From Azolla caroliniana (taxonomy: Eukaryota; Plantae; Polypodiophyta): a DNA stretch of 64,000 nt. The translations under genes and the position numbers were made by a program. The notes beneath the pieces were generated by a model. The model saw only the letters and a list, made by a program, of their open reading frames with translations, was not told where the DNA came from and did no database searches. The stretch covers positions 2,418,001 through 2,482,000 of the forward strand of contig JBHGNT010000002.1 in assembly GCA_043228905.1 (NCBI GenBank). The letters are read 5' to 3'. Of the stretch, positions 38,271-64,000 are shown one piece after another; position 1 is the stretch's first letter, and each line of letters begins with the position of its first letter.

Positions 38271-38681
38271 AGCAGGCGACGCGATGGGGGAGGGCCGCAG
38301 TCCGACGTGGCGCCCTTGCCTTGCGGCGCCTCCACTCATCCTTTCCACGTGTCGCCACGGCATTGGCTGGCGCTGTCCCTGTAACCCACGTTCTCTGTAC
38401 CCCTCCCCTTTCTCGCCCTCTCCTTCTTCTTCTTCTTCTTCTTCTTCTTCTTCTTTCTGTCTTTCTCTGCCCTTTTCTTCCTTCGCCAAGGGTTTGCAGA
38501 GACGACGACGACGACGACGACGACGACAAAGAAGAAGAAGAAGAAACAAGAAGACTTCGACGAAAGAAGACTAAGAAGGGGACCAGTAGCCGAGTGTTCT
38601 CAGTGATTCCTATAAGCACTGACACATGCTACTTCAACATTCCCGGCATTTCTTCATCTCACTCTTTCCAACAATTCACTA
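38271..38681 (+). promoter_or_regulatory. Probable promoter and non-coding first exon of the CHR4-like gene
   Basis: GC-rich patch with ABRE-like ACGTGGC (38305) and CACGTGTC (38346); (TTC)n, (GAC)n and (GAA)n leader-type repeats; donor GTAAGT at 38682; acceptor at 41574, 9 nt before the ATG. Confidence 0.55.
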
Positions 38682-41583
38682 GTAAGTTCCTCCTCTCTCT
38701 GTCTCTCTACCGGGTCCTTCTCCCCCCCCCCCATTTCCACCTTGCTCTTGCATAATGATGACTGGGCCTTCAGTATTGTTTGGCTTGCACATCAATGCTA
38801 TGTTGATCCTTCACTATGCTAAGCTTAACATACACCATTATTGTGGAGGTTCATATGTCAAAGGCCACACTGGAGACGTGGAGCTTGGTATGGAAGAGAT
38901 TGTTTAATGGAATCATGGAAAAAGGTTCACATGGTAGGGATAGTACATGAAGCCATGGACGTTCATACATAGAAATTATCTTATACAAAACCACGATGGT
39001 TCATATGTGGAAAGGATTATGTATGTGAAGCTACTGTTGATTGGCTAATCTAATCGAATATTACAACACTCACACTGGTCTCCATGGTAGATGATGAGAG
39101 ATTCTAGGATTATCAGACTAGGACTCAAGTGTGACCTTTGTAATGTGAACACTACTAGAGCTGATAGCCTAAATGCAGCTGAAAGCCTAGGAAATCGGGA
39201 GAAATATTGCATGTTGTATGGTCCAGGGGTGAGATTTGTGATGTGGACACTAGTATAGCTAATAGCGTAGATCTAATGGCCTAGAAAAGCAAGGGGAATA
39301 CGGCATGCCCTAGGATGGTGACCTTTGTGTAGTGAACACTACTGTATCTAGTAGTCTAAATATAACAAATGGTCTTCACTGGTTTGATGGGATATACCAT
39401 CTGCTTTTCTGGTGATCTAACTCAATGTTCCAAAATGTCGATCCTTCACTTTGCTAACAGATATGCCATTGTGGAGGTTTTGGTAGAAGAGATTATATGA
39501 GAGCTGCCAAAGGCCCAGAAAAGCTAGGGCCACTCTATTATCAGCATGTGGCATGCTATAAAGTTATATGGTTCTCATGAACTTCTTGTATGGTCTAATA
39601 TCAAATCTTTTAATCCTTCCTTTTGCAAATCCATATGCTGTTGTGAACTTTCATATGGACGAGATTATGTCTAATTGAATCTTGTGGCACCACAATTCAA
39701 TGTAGATGTCTAGAAGGGGTTTACCAGATATGACCCTTGGGTTGTGAATACTCTAGCTAAATGGTTGAAATATAGCCAAGTTCCTAGAATACCAAGGGCT
39801 TCTTGCTAGTGGCATACAATGCTATAAAGTTCTATGGATGGATAGACGATATCCATTCAATGTTACTGTACCAGTATTCACATGACATTCTCAGCTTACC
39901 ATGCTGGGGCAGCCTTTGATGCATGAACACCATTGTAGCTAAGATCCTAAACATAGCCACAGGTCTAGAAAAGCTAGGGCTCCTTTATTATTGGGACATG
40001 CTATGAAGGGCTATTGCTGGTGGGGGGGATTTGATCTACCCTTTTTGTTAACTAAAAGTGAACTCCAAATTATTTGAAGTTTACCAACCGTTTGAAAAAT
40101 TGCAAAGAAACATTTTTGTGGTGTAATTTTGTTACCACCCTTCAACATGAAGCTTTAGTATAACTCTACTGCAGTCTATTTTCTAAACTAGAGCTCACTA
40201 TATCTGTCTCAAAGATTAGAAACATCCAAGGAAGAGGGCATACATGCTCCTCTATATTATTTGAAATATAAGAGTGCATATTTATGCTCCTCTAAAACTT
40301 TTGAGAAATAGCTACAATGTAAAGGTTGCCTGACCATGTGCATAGGGTTGTCCATCCGATTTTCTTAATAAAGTAGGTCTGATCTGTTTTTTTTCCTATT
40401 GAGGCTCGACTTGCAGCCTGCTTATGTGCTCTTCATAATATGTCAAACTAAGCACATCTGTCAGATTGAGGAAATATATGATGATTGTGTTTTACTTCTT
40501 TTCATACAGATTAGAGAATGTTTTGCATATGTACTTCATAATTGTGAAATTTTCATCCCAATGATTTGTAGATAACTTCTGTCTAAGGTCATGTGAAGCA
40601 AAATAATGGATGGAGACAAATGATATTCCACAAAATCTAGCATAGTATACACTTGTTCATTTGTTTGCTTTCATTCTTTGCCATCAGTTTCCTCGTTTGT
40701 TCTGGTTCTATCTGTTTGTTCAAAGATAAAACTGATATGCAAACTTAAAATATGTGGCTGTGTGAGCTGATTGTGAAAGTTGAAATTTACATAAGAGCCA
40801 GTGAAGAAGATCTTGTAGCGGTGAACATGTTCTTGCATGACCTGATTATTTTATTATGAATTGAATAGCTATTTTGATTTGATAAAATGCTTTCAGTCAG
40901 ACAATGAGTGGTATCTCCTTTGCTGTATTACATATTGACACATCTTACATTTTGCTTTTAGTTTTTAACACTGCAAGGTGCAGCTGTAAAGGAAATCTTA
41001 TGTTTATAAAAATAGTGCGAACAAGTTTGCTAAGAATTGGACTGCCTTCTGGCATATCTTACGCATAATGTTGGTTCCTTGGAAATTATTGCCCCTCTCA
41101 GTTACTCTTGGATCAACTCGATACAACTACCGTTGACTATCCTTGAAGTATGTGGAATACATCTTTGCATGTTACTTGCGATTTCCAATTCCAATTCCAA
41201 TCAATTGCAAAAACCCCTGTGGCGTTCCCCTCTACAAGGTACAGCAGAAAAGAAAAGCTTATGCAAATGGAAACAGCATCAAGACTTCAAAAAGAATTCA
41301 GCTACATGCTTGTGTTTCAGACACATAACACTAACTCTTTTTAACTATTGGCCCCTCTGTTATTCAAGGAGCAACCAGATTCTACTAGCTTTGAGAGTCC
41401 TCCAGAGATTTGGAATACAAGTTTATATGATAGTTATTATTTCCAATTCAAGGTTCAGATGGACTGCAATCACCCCCCTGTAGAATTCCCTCTCTACTCA
41501 CACCACTCATGGTGATCACCCAGAGAATGTTGCATAACTACTGCTGACACTAGCGTTCCTTTCAATATTTGCAGAGTAAGTGG

Positions 41584-54961
<13,378 letters not shown>

Positions 54962-57199
54962 TATACAAAGAGTCTTACACTCAGGGATTCTGCTGCGGTT
55001 ATTCATCTCGGTGTATCTACCTTGATCTTGCAATGCCGATTACAAATCATGTAAAGCTAGATGGACACAATGGTTGCCTCCGCAATTATGTTATTATCCT
55101 GATTTGTATGTAGATTCTACACATCTGAGTAGGATGCTATAGCACAAATATTTACCATCCTCAGCTTGAGTTGGCCTCAGTTTAAAGCTTGTAAACACTT
55201 TGAACCATGAGTAGCCTTCATTAATCTTAGCTTGTGCAGCTTTGGGAAGCGTCAATTAAGCTTACCTTGTACAACTCTTTGGAGCATGAGATGGCATCGA
55301 TTCTCGGCAGAAGGTGGTTACTCTTTCGAGCTAGTGCATACAGTACTTCTTGCTCAGGTAACAGTAAAAGAGAACAAACTTAAGCCCTTTTTGCCTCGAT
55401 AAACCATAGACTAAACCATAACCATATAACCATAAATGTCAACCTTAAACCTTAAAACCCCAAACTTCTAACTTTTGGGCTGAGCTGTACAGAACATACA
55501 GAATCTAAAATATGTTTAGCTTTAGCTGATTATGATTTTTTTGGTATTTACCATTACTAAACCATTTGTTGAAGATCCGAAAATATTATTCAATGCATCA
55601 TTCCATGCAGTATTGTTATTACGTTTTAGGAGTGTTCTTACATGACCTTGAAACATGAGGTAGTTATCTTTACTGAAGACATGTTGGACAAGTTTTCTTT
55701 CTATTTAAAATGCAATGTCAAGCATAAGAAAGTGTTACCTTGAAATTTAATTGACACAAGCCTCCCAAACTTGATATATGATAGGGACAAATTAATCACT
55801 TGGAAAGGACCTATTGGTTTCTGCCCATCCTTTGGGTGATTTATTTTTCCATCATGGTAGTATGTTATTTAATCTGAAGTGGTGATTAGGTTGCCATCTA
55901 TAGACATGAATTTTGAGCTCAATATTCATGCCATAGCTACTTAAGACTATGTAGCCACATTATTCTTTCATGAACTAATGGATCAATGTCTATCATATCA
56001 ACTCCCTTGCAGAACCCTTCAAACAACCTCTACCTCTTGACTATAAAGAATTTTCAAACGAGAGTGCACACAACGACTATGAGAGAAATTTTTGCAAGGA
56101 TTGGGTTTGGTCGAAGATGTGCAAGAAGCATAGTTGAATGTGATCAAAAGCAAAGTATTGTATGAAAGTGTGTTAATTAGACTCCTTCACTTGTTTAGGG
56201 CAAAGTGTGTATGCTCAGCTACCCTCGTCACTTATACCACAACACCATGTCTCACATCATAAGGAGTGTGAGCTAAGTCACATGGATTTAGTGGTTTGGA
56301 TGGCAAACAACGACATGGGCTCTAACATGTATTGATGTGTACATTTTCCTTGTTAAGCAAAAAAATGTTTTTGTAATTAGGTGCAACAAATGTAGTATAA
56401 TCTAAGAAGCATGAGCCTCCACATTTTTCCCATGTCATGCATGGTACATTAATGTAGCAAAAGTGCTTCATTCAAGAAGGAATCTATTGATGCATTATCC
56501 AGCAACTATGTTGTGTGTTATCATCCAAACCATTTTCCATATCTTGCATCTAACCAAAACCCAAAATTTTGCATTTTAGATCTTTTTGCTCACTTCCAAT
56601 GCGATTCTAACAAGTCGATGTAGGGAAAAAAATTGAACCTTAAGGATGCTGTCAACAACCCCTTCCATGGTCGCAATCTCAATGGGAAGTGATCCCATCC
56701 CAAGAAGTAAGATAGTGCATAATGTTCTTGGCCTTCACAAACTTGGCAACCGTTTATTCTAATTCATCAATACATTAACCAAATCAAGTTAGTGACTGGG
56801 CATCTTTTCTTAACACTAAATAGTGTTGTTTAAAACATCTGAAATTTCATCACCCATAAACACACAACATATAACCTTCTCATAGATTCGGGAAATTGCA
56901 GACATATATTCACTTGGCACTAGAGTTGTTCCAAGTGCCTCCAAATATGCGTAAGGTACCATATCAAAAGTTGTCCTAAAGACTATGAAGCAACAATATA
57001 AAACATTACTCTCAAGTGACTTTCTTCCATTCGAATAGAATAAAAAAAATGTATGATCCCTAATGAGGCAAATTTTGACTTATGGGACCAAATCAACATA
57101 TGTGACTCCTCAAGAATGGGGGTTACTACTTCTCTCAATTGTTAAAATAATGCACACATATGTGTGTTGACATTTCTCGGAGGAAGTTTGAGTATGACA

Positions 57200-57910
57200 C
57201 TCACATTATCATTCTCATTTAACCAATCATTATATTCCTCGCGAATTACCTTTATACATTGAGCATGTGATAAGTAAGTGATATTCATCCTCCACTAGGT
57301 TTTCATTGCATACCTTGCAAATCTTCGTGATTGTGTGATGATGCCTTGGTGCCACCTCAACAACTAGCTTTCGTTACAAAGTCCAAAGAAGTGTAAGGTT
57401 CTCCAAGACCCAAGCCTCATGGGGTAGTGAGATGCGATTGGATAAGTTCTAACATTTTTTTCCTTATATTGGGGGTTAATATTAACAATTTAATATTCCA
57501 ATTTTGACATATTAGCATCTTGCCACTTCATCTTTAGTGCTTATAGTAATCTATCTTCAATTATCACATCACATAGAGCTCCAATAAATCTTTTACCCCC
57601 AATCTCTCCTACTTCATAAAGCAACACTTGGACCACCATAGCATTGAATAACATCAATCCCATTTCCCATCCTCGATATCGCTTTGGTTGCGTTGATTCC
57701 TAAACATATAATAACTATTCCAACCCACTTGAAGTCGGACTCATTGTATACATTGCATCTATTTGTCAATGGGACATTAATACCAAAATATTCGAAGCTT
57801 TGCATCACTTGTATTGGTTCTCCCTTGTATGTAAATGTGGAGTAGTCCCTTGGTTGTATTCTCTTTATTGCCATCATTTTTGTTTTGTCCACGTTTATAG
57901 TTCGCCTAAT
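57200..57910 (-). mobile_element. Degenerate RTE-like LINE 3' fragment
   Basis: INVDKTKMM...SFEYFGINV and C-terminal ICKVCNENLVEDEYHLL. Confidence 0.7.
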
Positions 57911-58200
57911 GATTTCCCAAAACAAGTACCACATTTTTTATGACAGTTCAACAACAATAGTTATGGATGAGACCACTAAAATGTTGTAAATGCATTCCTA
58001 GAATTGATGTGAAACCCAAAATTTGTAGAATACATGCATTTCCTTTCTATCTCTCGAAAGGAAATGTATTTTTTAGAGTCAACAAACATAAATGGAAGTG
58101 GTCAATTTATAAAAGAAGATGTTGGAATATTTATTACTCAACCTAGAACATGAACAATGGTATTGACTTTCAACTAAGTTTTCAAATGCCTTTTGGAAAC

Positions 58201-58710
58201 TGTTGTTGGGTGGGGGGTGGAGCCAAAAGCAGCTCCACCCCCCTCCCAAGGGGGTTTGAGTGTGACGGGAGAGAGAGACACACAGAATGAGAGGGAAAAT
58301 GAAAATGAAAGGCAGACACACTATTGAGGGGTAACTTCACTATTATTCCCTTCTTTTCATGCCCTATGGGTGGGGTTTATAAAATACAAAATCTTAGCAT
58401 TACCGGACAATACAAAAAGCCAAATGGGGGTAGTTACACCTACTTGCTCCACTCTCTCACATTTGTACACATGCACACAAAAAGCTAAATGTGCATGTGT
58501 ACACACTCTTCCTCACAGTCACACATTACACATTACACCCTTAACCCTCCCGTACACCTATACAAGTAACACCTGGCACGCCTATTGGACGTCGAACCCA
58601 CATGCCCATGCCAAAAACTCGTCAACCAGAACTCCATTCGTCTTCTCTTCTCTCGTCGATCGGAAATCCCTCGACCAAAACACTGCTCTTCGATCGAAAC
58701 TCGCTTGACA
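58201..58710 (-). repeat. LTR-like fragment
   Basis: Candidate TG...CA ends and a minus-strand TATA followed by a CT-rich tract. No matching TSD found. Confidence 0.3.
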
Positions 58711-61549
58711 TGAACCTTCCTGTTCGGTCAACACGACATTCTGTGGTTGTCGATATTATGTGACGTTCATCGACGACTTCTCCAGGCACACCTGGATATT
58801 CCCTATGCGACAAAAGAGTGAAGTGTTCTCACACTTCCAGAAATTTAAACATGAAGTCGAAAAGACAACCGGTCGACATGTACGGTGCCTTCAATTGCAT
58901 GGAGGCAAAGAGTATTTCTCTGATGCCTTCACAACATACCTTCGACAAGAAGGAATTCGGAGGGAGTTTACATACCGACACACACCTCAACAGAACGGGG
59001 TAGTTGAACGAAAGAATCGGCATATACTCGAGGTGGCAAGGGCAATGATGAATGAGAAAAACTTGTCAAAATTGTACTGGGCTGAAGAGACAAACACGGT
59101 CGTCTACCTAATGAATCGGTGCACAACATCTGGAGTGCACTATGTAACCCCCCCCATGAGAAGTTCTATGGAAAGAAGTTGAACCTATCCTACAAAAGCA
59201 TATTCGGCTCTATCGCATTTGCACATATTCCCGATAAAAAGCGGCAAAAGCTCGATCCAAAATCGAACAAATGTATCCTCATGGGGTACTCGCTCGAACA
59301 AAGGGGTATAAGTGCTTCAACCCCTTTACCAAGAAGGTATGAGTGAGTAGGGATGTTGTATTCGACGAATCTGCTTCCAAGTACATAGTTGACTCAATTC
59401 CATCCGATCCGATCGAAACCAACTTCGAAATAGACTTGGAGGATGATTGACTAAGGCTCACACCAAATGAGAGTTCAATCTCAACCAAATTGAGTGGACC
59501 ACAAGAGCCACCGAGCGACCATAGCACGTCACGACCAAGTTCGAAATCGGACAAAGGAAAGGCCAAAATGCCTTGAGTACAAATGGCTCGAATGAAAACG
59601 AATCGGCTCACTCACTTGACAGTGAGTATGTTGGATTGGATGTTCCTATCATGAGGACACCAGGAACCAAGAAAATGTCCTTGAAGACAAGTGAACAACT
59701 CTGTCGGTCCACTCAATAGAAGGTGGCGACAGTTCGGGAGCCGGAAATTTTTTTTGAAGCCGCTAAGGACCCACAATGGGTCGAAGCAATGAACAAGGAG
59801 ATGCAAGCACTCTCCAAAAAGGAGACATGGGAACTAGTCCCCCCTTCACCCCATCAGAAGGTAATCGAATGCAGGTGGATATACAAGGTGAAGCACAATG
59901 CCGACGGCACCATCAATCAATATAAGGTCTGGCTTGTGGCAAAAGGGTATGCACAGACACACGGGATCGATTACAAAGAGACCTTTGCCCGGGTGGCAAA
60001 GATGACTACCATTTGAACCGTGATTGTGCTTGCAACAGCGAAAGGGTGGCACCTCCATTAGATGGACATCAAGGACACCTCCATTAGATGAGGAGGTGTA
60101 CATAGTACAACCACCCGAATTCAAGTCGTGTACACATCCGACTATTATTTGCCGACTCAAAAAGCCTCTCTACGGGCTCAAGCAAGCCCCTAGAGCATGG
60201 CATTTGAAGATAATCCAATATCTTCACCAAATCGGCTTCAAAATGTCCAAGTCTAGTAATTCCAAGTCCAACAACTCTAGAAGATAGCTATTCATCATCA
60301 TATATGTGGATGACTTCGTCATTGGAGGAGAGCACATAGTAGATATCAAACATATCAAGAAGCTTCTTTCCAGCCGATTCGAAATGAAAGACATGAAGTA
60401 CTACATTACTTTTTGGATATAGAACTAATATGGACTCCTGACGGCATCATGATCTCCCAACGACATTATGTCCTCGATCTACTCTTTAAGTTCGGGATGA
60501 CAGAGTGTAAGCTCGTCGCTACCCCTCTCGGCCGAAATCTCAAGCTAGATGCCAACTGCAGCACATAAGAGTGTGAGCCGACTCACTACCGACAACTTGT
60601 TGGAAGCCTTCTCTATCTCACCATTACTCGGCCCGACCTCAATTACATGGTCGAACTCCTTACTCAGTTCCTGCAGACACCACAAAACATTCACCTAAAC
60701 TGTGTTAAGAGAGTGTTACGCTATGTAAGTGGGACGATGGACTTCGACATCCTCTATAAATCGGCCACACTAATTTGTCTCGAAGGGTACGTCGATGCTG
60801 AATGGGCTAGTTACAAAGTTGATTCACGATTAAGATCAAGATTCGTCTTCTCCCTCGATAGCGGAGCCATATCGTGGAGCAGTAAGAAGCAGCCGACAAT
60901 TGCACTATTGAGCAGAAAGGCCGAATATAGGGGCGCGATAGTTGCCGCATGAGAAGTTGTGTGACTGAAGAGAATCTTGAAGGAGCTAGGCGTTCCCATC
61001 AAGGATATGGTTCTCTACTGCAACAACATGACCAATATCCATGTGGCCTGCAACCCAATTTTCCATGCTCGAACCAAGCACATTGAGGCGCACTATCACT
61101 ACACCCGAGAGCGTGTCCTGGTCAAAGATGTCGACCTGCAACATATCAACACAAATCTACAAACGGCTGACATTTTCACAAAGGCCCTGGGAGCCGACAA
61201 GCTACGGCAGTTCGCGACAAACCTAGGCCTCTCGACCGCCACAAGTCGAGCTTGAGGGTGGTTATAGAGTAAGGAATGGGACGGGCTAGGAGCTCGCCTG
61301 AAAACCGAACGGAGCAACCGAAGTCGGCACCGTCCTCACCAAAGACCAACCCAAACTGACTATCCGACAATTGGAGGTTGTGTTTGAAGGGGACATCCCC
61401 CTCATACACCTCTCTTTTGTAACACACGGGACTACATAATGTAGCCGTGCAATGTTTTTAATTTTAATTTTAGCTCCCCCCTTTTCGCTTGTAGGACATG
61501 CTCGGGACTACATTTTCGGTAGCCGATGTTTGTAAAAAACTCTAGCACC

Positions 61550-62110
61550 CCCCGTACTTTCCTAAATTACCTTCCTACCCCTTCCCTTACTTTCCCAAAT
61601 TACCCTCCTTTTCAAAATTACCACCCTACCCTTCCCCTCACTTTTCCCTAATTACCACCCCACCCCTCCCCTTACCTTCTTAATTACCCTCCTACCCCTA
61701 CCCTTACCTTCTTAATTACCCTCCTACCCCTCCCCTTACCTTCTTAATTGCCACTCTACCCCACCCCTTACCTCACCTCCAAATTACCACCCTAACCCCC
61801 CCTCACCTTTATCACTTTTTTTATCGCTCTACCCCTCCCCCCACCTTTCCGTATTACCATACCTCTACCCCTCCCTCACTTTTCACTCCTACCTATCTTT
61901 ACCCCTCCCCCACTTTGTTAAAAATTTTCCTACTCCTTCCCACTTTTACCTATTTTTTGCTCCACCCCTCCTCCAAGTTTCCCTATTTATACCTCTACCC
62001 CTCCATTTTTCCTAACTCTACCTCTACCCCTCCCATGACCTTTACCTTTTTAACTTACCACCCTACCTTTTCTCTCTCTACCTTTTTGCACTGATTACCA
62101 CTAGCGCCCC
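61550..62110. repeat. C-rich degenerate minisatellite of about 32 bp
   Basis: CTTACCTTCTTAATTACCCTCCTACCCCT(A/C)CC at 61671, 61703 and 61735, with decayed copies on both sides. Confidence 0.8.
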
Positions 62111-62460
62111 TTATCATACCCTTACCATATTAAAACCCACTACCCTTTCCTTTCCTAAGTGCACATGTGCACATAGCACACCCTCACCGCCCACTCCCTA
62201 ATTTGAATCCCCTCAACCCTCCACTTTACCCTTCCCTCATAAACCCTATGTAAACCCCTCAAATCCACTCATGGTCTTATGGCACTTATGAGCCCTTAGG
62301 GGCGAAACTAATTTGCCAATAGCATTTGACCATGTCCCCCCTCCCCCCTAAACCCTTGTAATTTTTCATTCATAATGATAATTACATATTTTTAATTATG
62401 TTTTCTCTCTCCCTCCCTCCCTTTTTAATTATGTTTTAATCTCATTTTATATTTTTATTA

Positions 62461-62773
62461 GGGAAAAGTACCAAGATACCCCTGGAAGTTCGTCTATTTA
62501 CCAGAATGCCCCTAGAAGTTTCAAATTTACCAAACTACCCCTATGTCCAAAAAATTACACTTTATAAAGTAATTATACACTCAAATATTTGGTAAATAGG
62601 ACTAGTTCGGGTCCATTTCTTCAATCTTTGATAAATAGGGCTTGTAGATTTGAGTGTATAATTACTTTATAAAGTGTAATTTTTTGGACATAGGGGTAGT
62701 TTGGTAATTTTGGAACTTCCAGGGGCATTATGGTAAATAGACGAACTTCCAAGGGTATCCTAGTACTTTTCCC
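62461..62773. mobile_element. Mutator-type MITE (126-bp TIRs, 9-bp TSD)
   Basis: TIRs 62461-62586 and 62648-62773 (GGGAAAAGTAC...GTACTTTTCCC); TSD TTTTTATTA at 62452-62460 and 62774-62782. Confidence 0.92.
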
Positions 62774-63665
62774 TTTTTATTACTACCTTTATCTTTCATT
62801 TTAATTAATATGTTAATCCCCTCCTCTCCCCTTACCCCTCTTTTTAATTTTTAATTATGTTTTTAATCTTGTTTTTAAGTTTAATATTAGGTTTACTTAT
62901 GTTTTAATCTCTAACCCTCTTTCTCACACACACTTTTAATTTTTTAATTAGTATGTTAATCCCCTCCCCTTACCTTGTTTTACATTTAGGTTTATATTTC
63001 TAGATTTATGTTTATGTTTTTAGTTTTCGGTTTATGATTTTTATTATTATGTTTATGTGTTAATCGTTTTATTAGTGTTTATGTTTAACCTTAATCGTAG
63101 TAATTAACCCCCCACCCCTCTTCCCCCTTCTCCTATTTCTACTCCCGCCTTCTTCCTATACACCAAGCATTTTAACGATTCAGGTGCGCTCAAATCGGCG
63201 TTGGTGTTCCTCTTCTCTGACATCTTCTCCAACATCTACCCGTCGATGACCCACCATTCCGCACTCTTTGTTTCAACCGCAACGTCAACAAACCTAGGTC
63301 TCTTGACCGCCACATGTCAAGCTTGAGGGGGGGTATAGAGTCGAACAGAGCAACCGAGGCCAACACCGTCCTCACCAAAAACCAACCCAATTTCACTATC
63401 CGACGATTGGAAGTTGTGTTTGAAGGGGCGTGTTAAGAATTAAACTCAACTTCCCTAGTGTGGGAACACACCTTAAGAATCGCCAAGTGTGTGAACACCC
63501 CACCACTTAGTATCATAACTAATGTGTCATAGAAGTTAAGCCTTATGACACATAGTTACTAGGTAGTTAAGTCTACACCTCTTTCCCAAGAGGCGGTTGT
63601 TGTAATAGAATATAGAGAGAAGGTAACTACAATTTAGTTTTTACTATTTTTCTGTATACTCTGTG

Positions 63666-63723
<58 letters not shown>

Positions 63724-64000
63724 TAACACAAATCCTTAATCTTTTCCGCTGCATAGAATCACACTCAATTCTTTACAATGGTCAATTCCTCTTGGGGACT
63801 TGGCTCTTTTTCAACACCCGTCTTGGTATAACCTCATCATCATACATCCTTTTCGGCCTTTCCACCTCGGCGAATGCTTGCATATAATGCATATTTCTTC
63901 ATCCTTACACTTAAGATGCATATAATGCACATTTCTTCTCATAAATCCGTGTTCGAATCTCACCAGCCACTTCCAATGCTAAATCCCTTTTCTCATTGTA

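Larger units (their letters stand above)
58740..63816 (+). mobile_element. Degenerate Copia E (INT-RT-RH, same family as A and D) with a probable 3' LTR from 63431
   Basis: FIDDFSRHTW, PQQNGVVERKN, KGYAQTHGIDY, YVDD, SWSSKKQPT and RTKHIEAHYH, with many stops. PPT TTTGAAGGGGCG precedes TGTTAAG at 63431. The LTR end is uncertain. Confidence 0.8.

Noticed and set aside
55600-57150. Possible further gene or TE downstream of CHR4
   Set aside because: No supportable ORF, splice pattern or termini.
58573-58592. TGGCACGCC as a Tat-type PBS making a Gypsy-Copia chimera
   Set aside because: The adjacent LTR-like sequence appears minus-oriented and the match is short, so it could be chance.

Overview
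Land-plant nuclear DNA (the retroelement families suggest a non-seed plant such as a fern; this is inference). Two intron-containing host genes lie on the + strand: a sterol 4-alpha-methyl oxidase SMO2 (7 exons, 29154-33616, 278 aa) and a CHD3/Mi-2-type remodeler of the CHR4/PKR1 clade (13 coding exons, 41584-54961, about 2340 aa). The remodeler appears to carry an extra N-terminal PWWP domain built from five exons, one with a GC-AG intron. Most of the rest is transposon-derived: (i) a non-chromovirus Ty3/Gypsy element with a long extra 3' ORF (1-8726, minus); (ii) an LTR with a tRNA-like A/B-box cassette, plus chromovirus-type remnants (8.8-11.1 kb); (iii) a four-element nest at 12056-24879, in which a deleted Copia contains a tRNA-Trp-primed non-autonomous Gypsy derivative with an acidic repeat ORF, which in turn contains a solo LTR and a near-complete Copia; (iv) L1-like and RTE-like LINE fragments; (v) a degenerate Copia at 58.7-63.8 kb with a C-rich insert and a Mutator-type MITE. 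Tandem arrays sit upstream of both genes. All coordinates were read by eye and no database searches were run.
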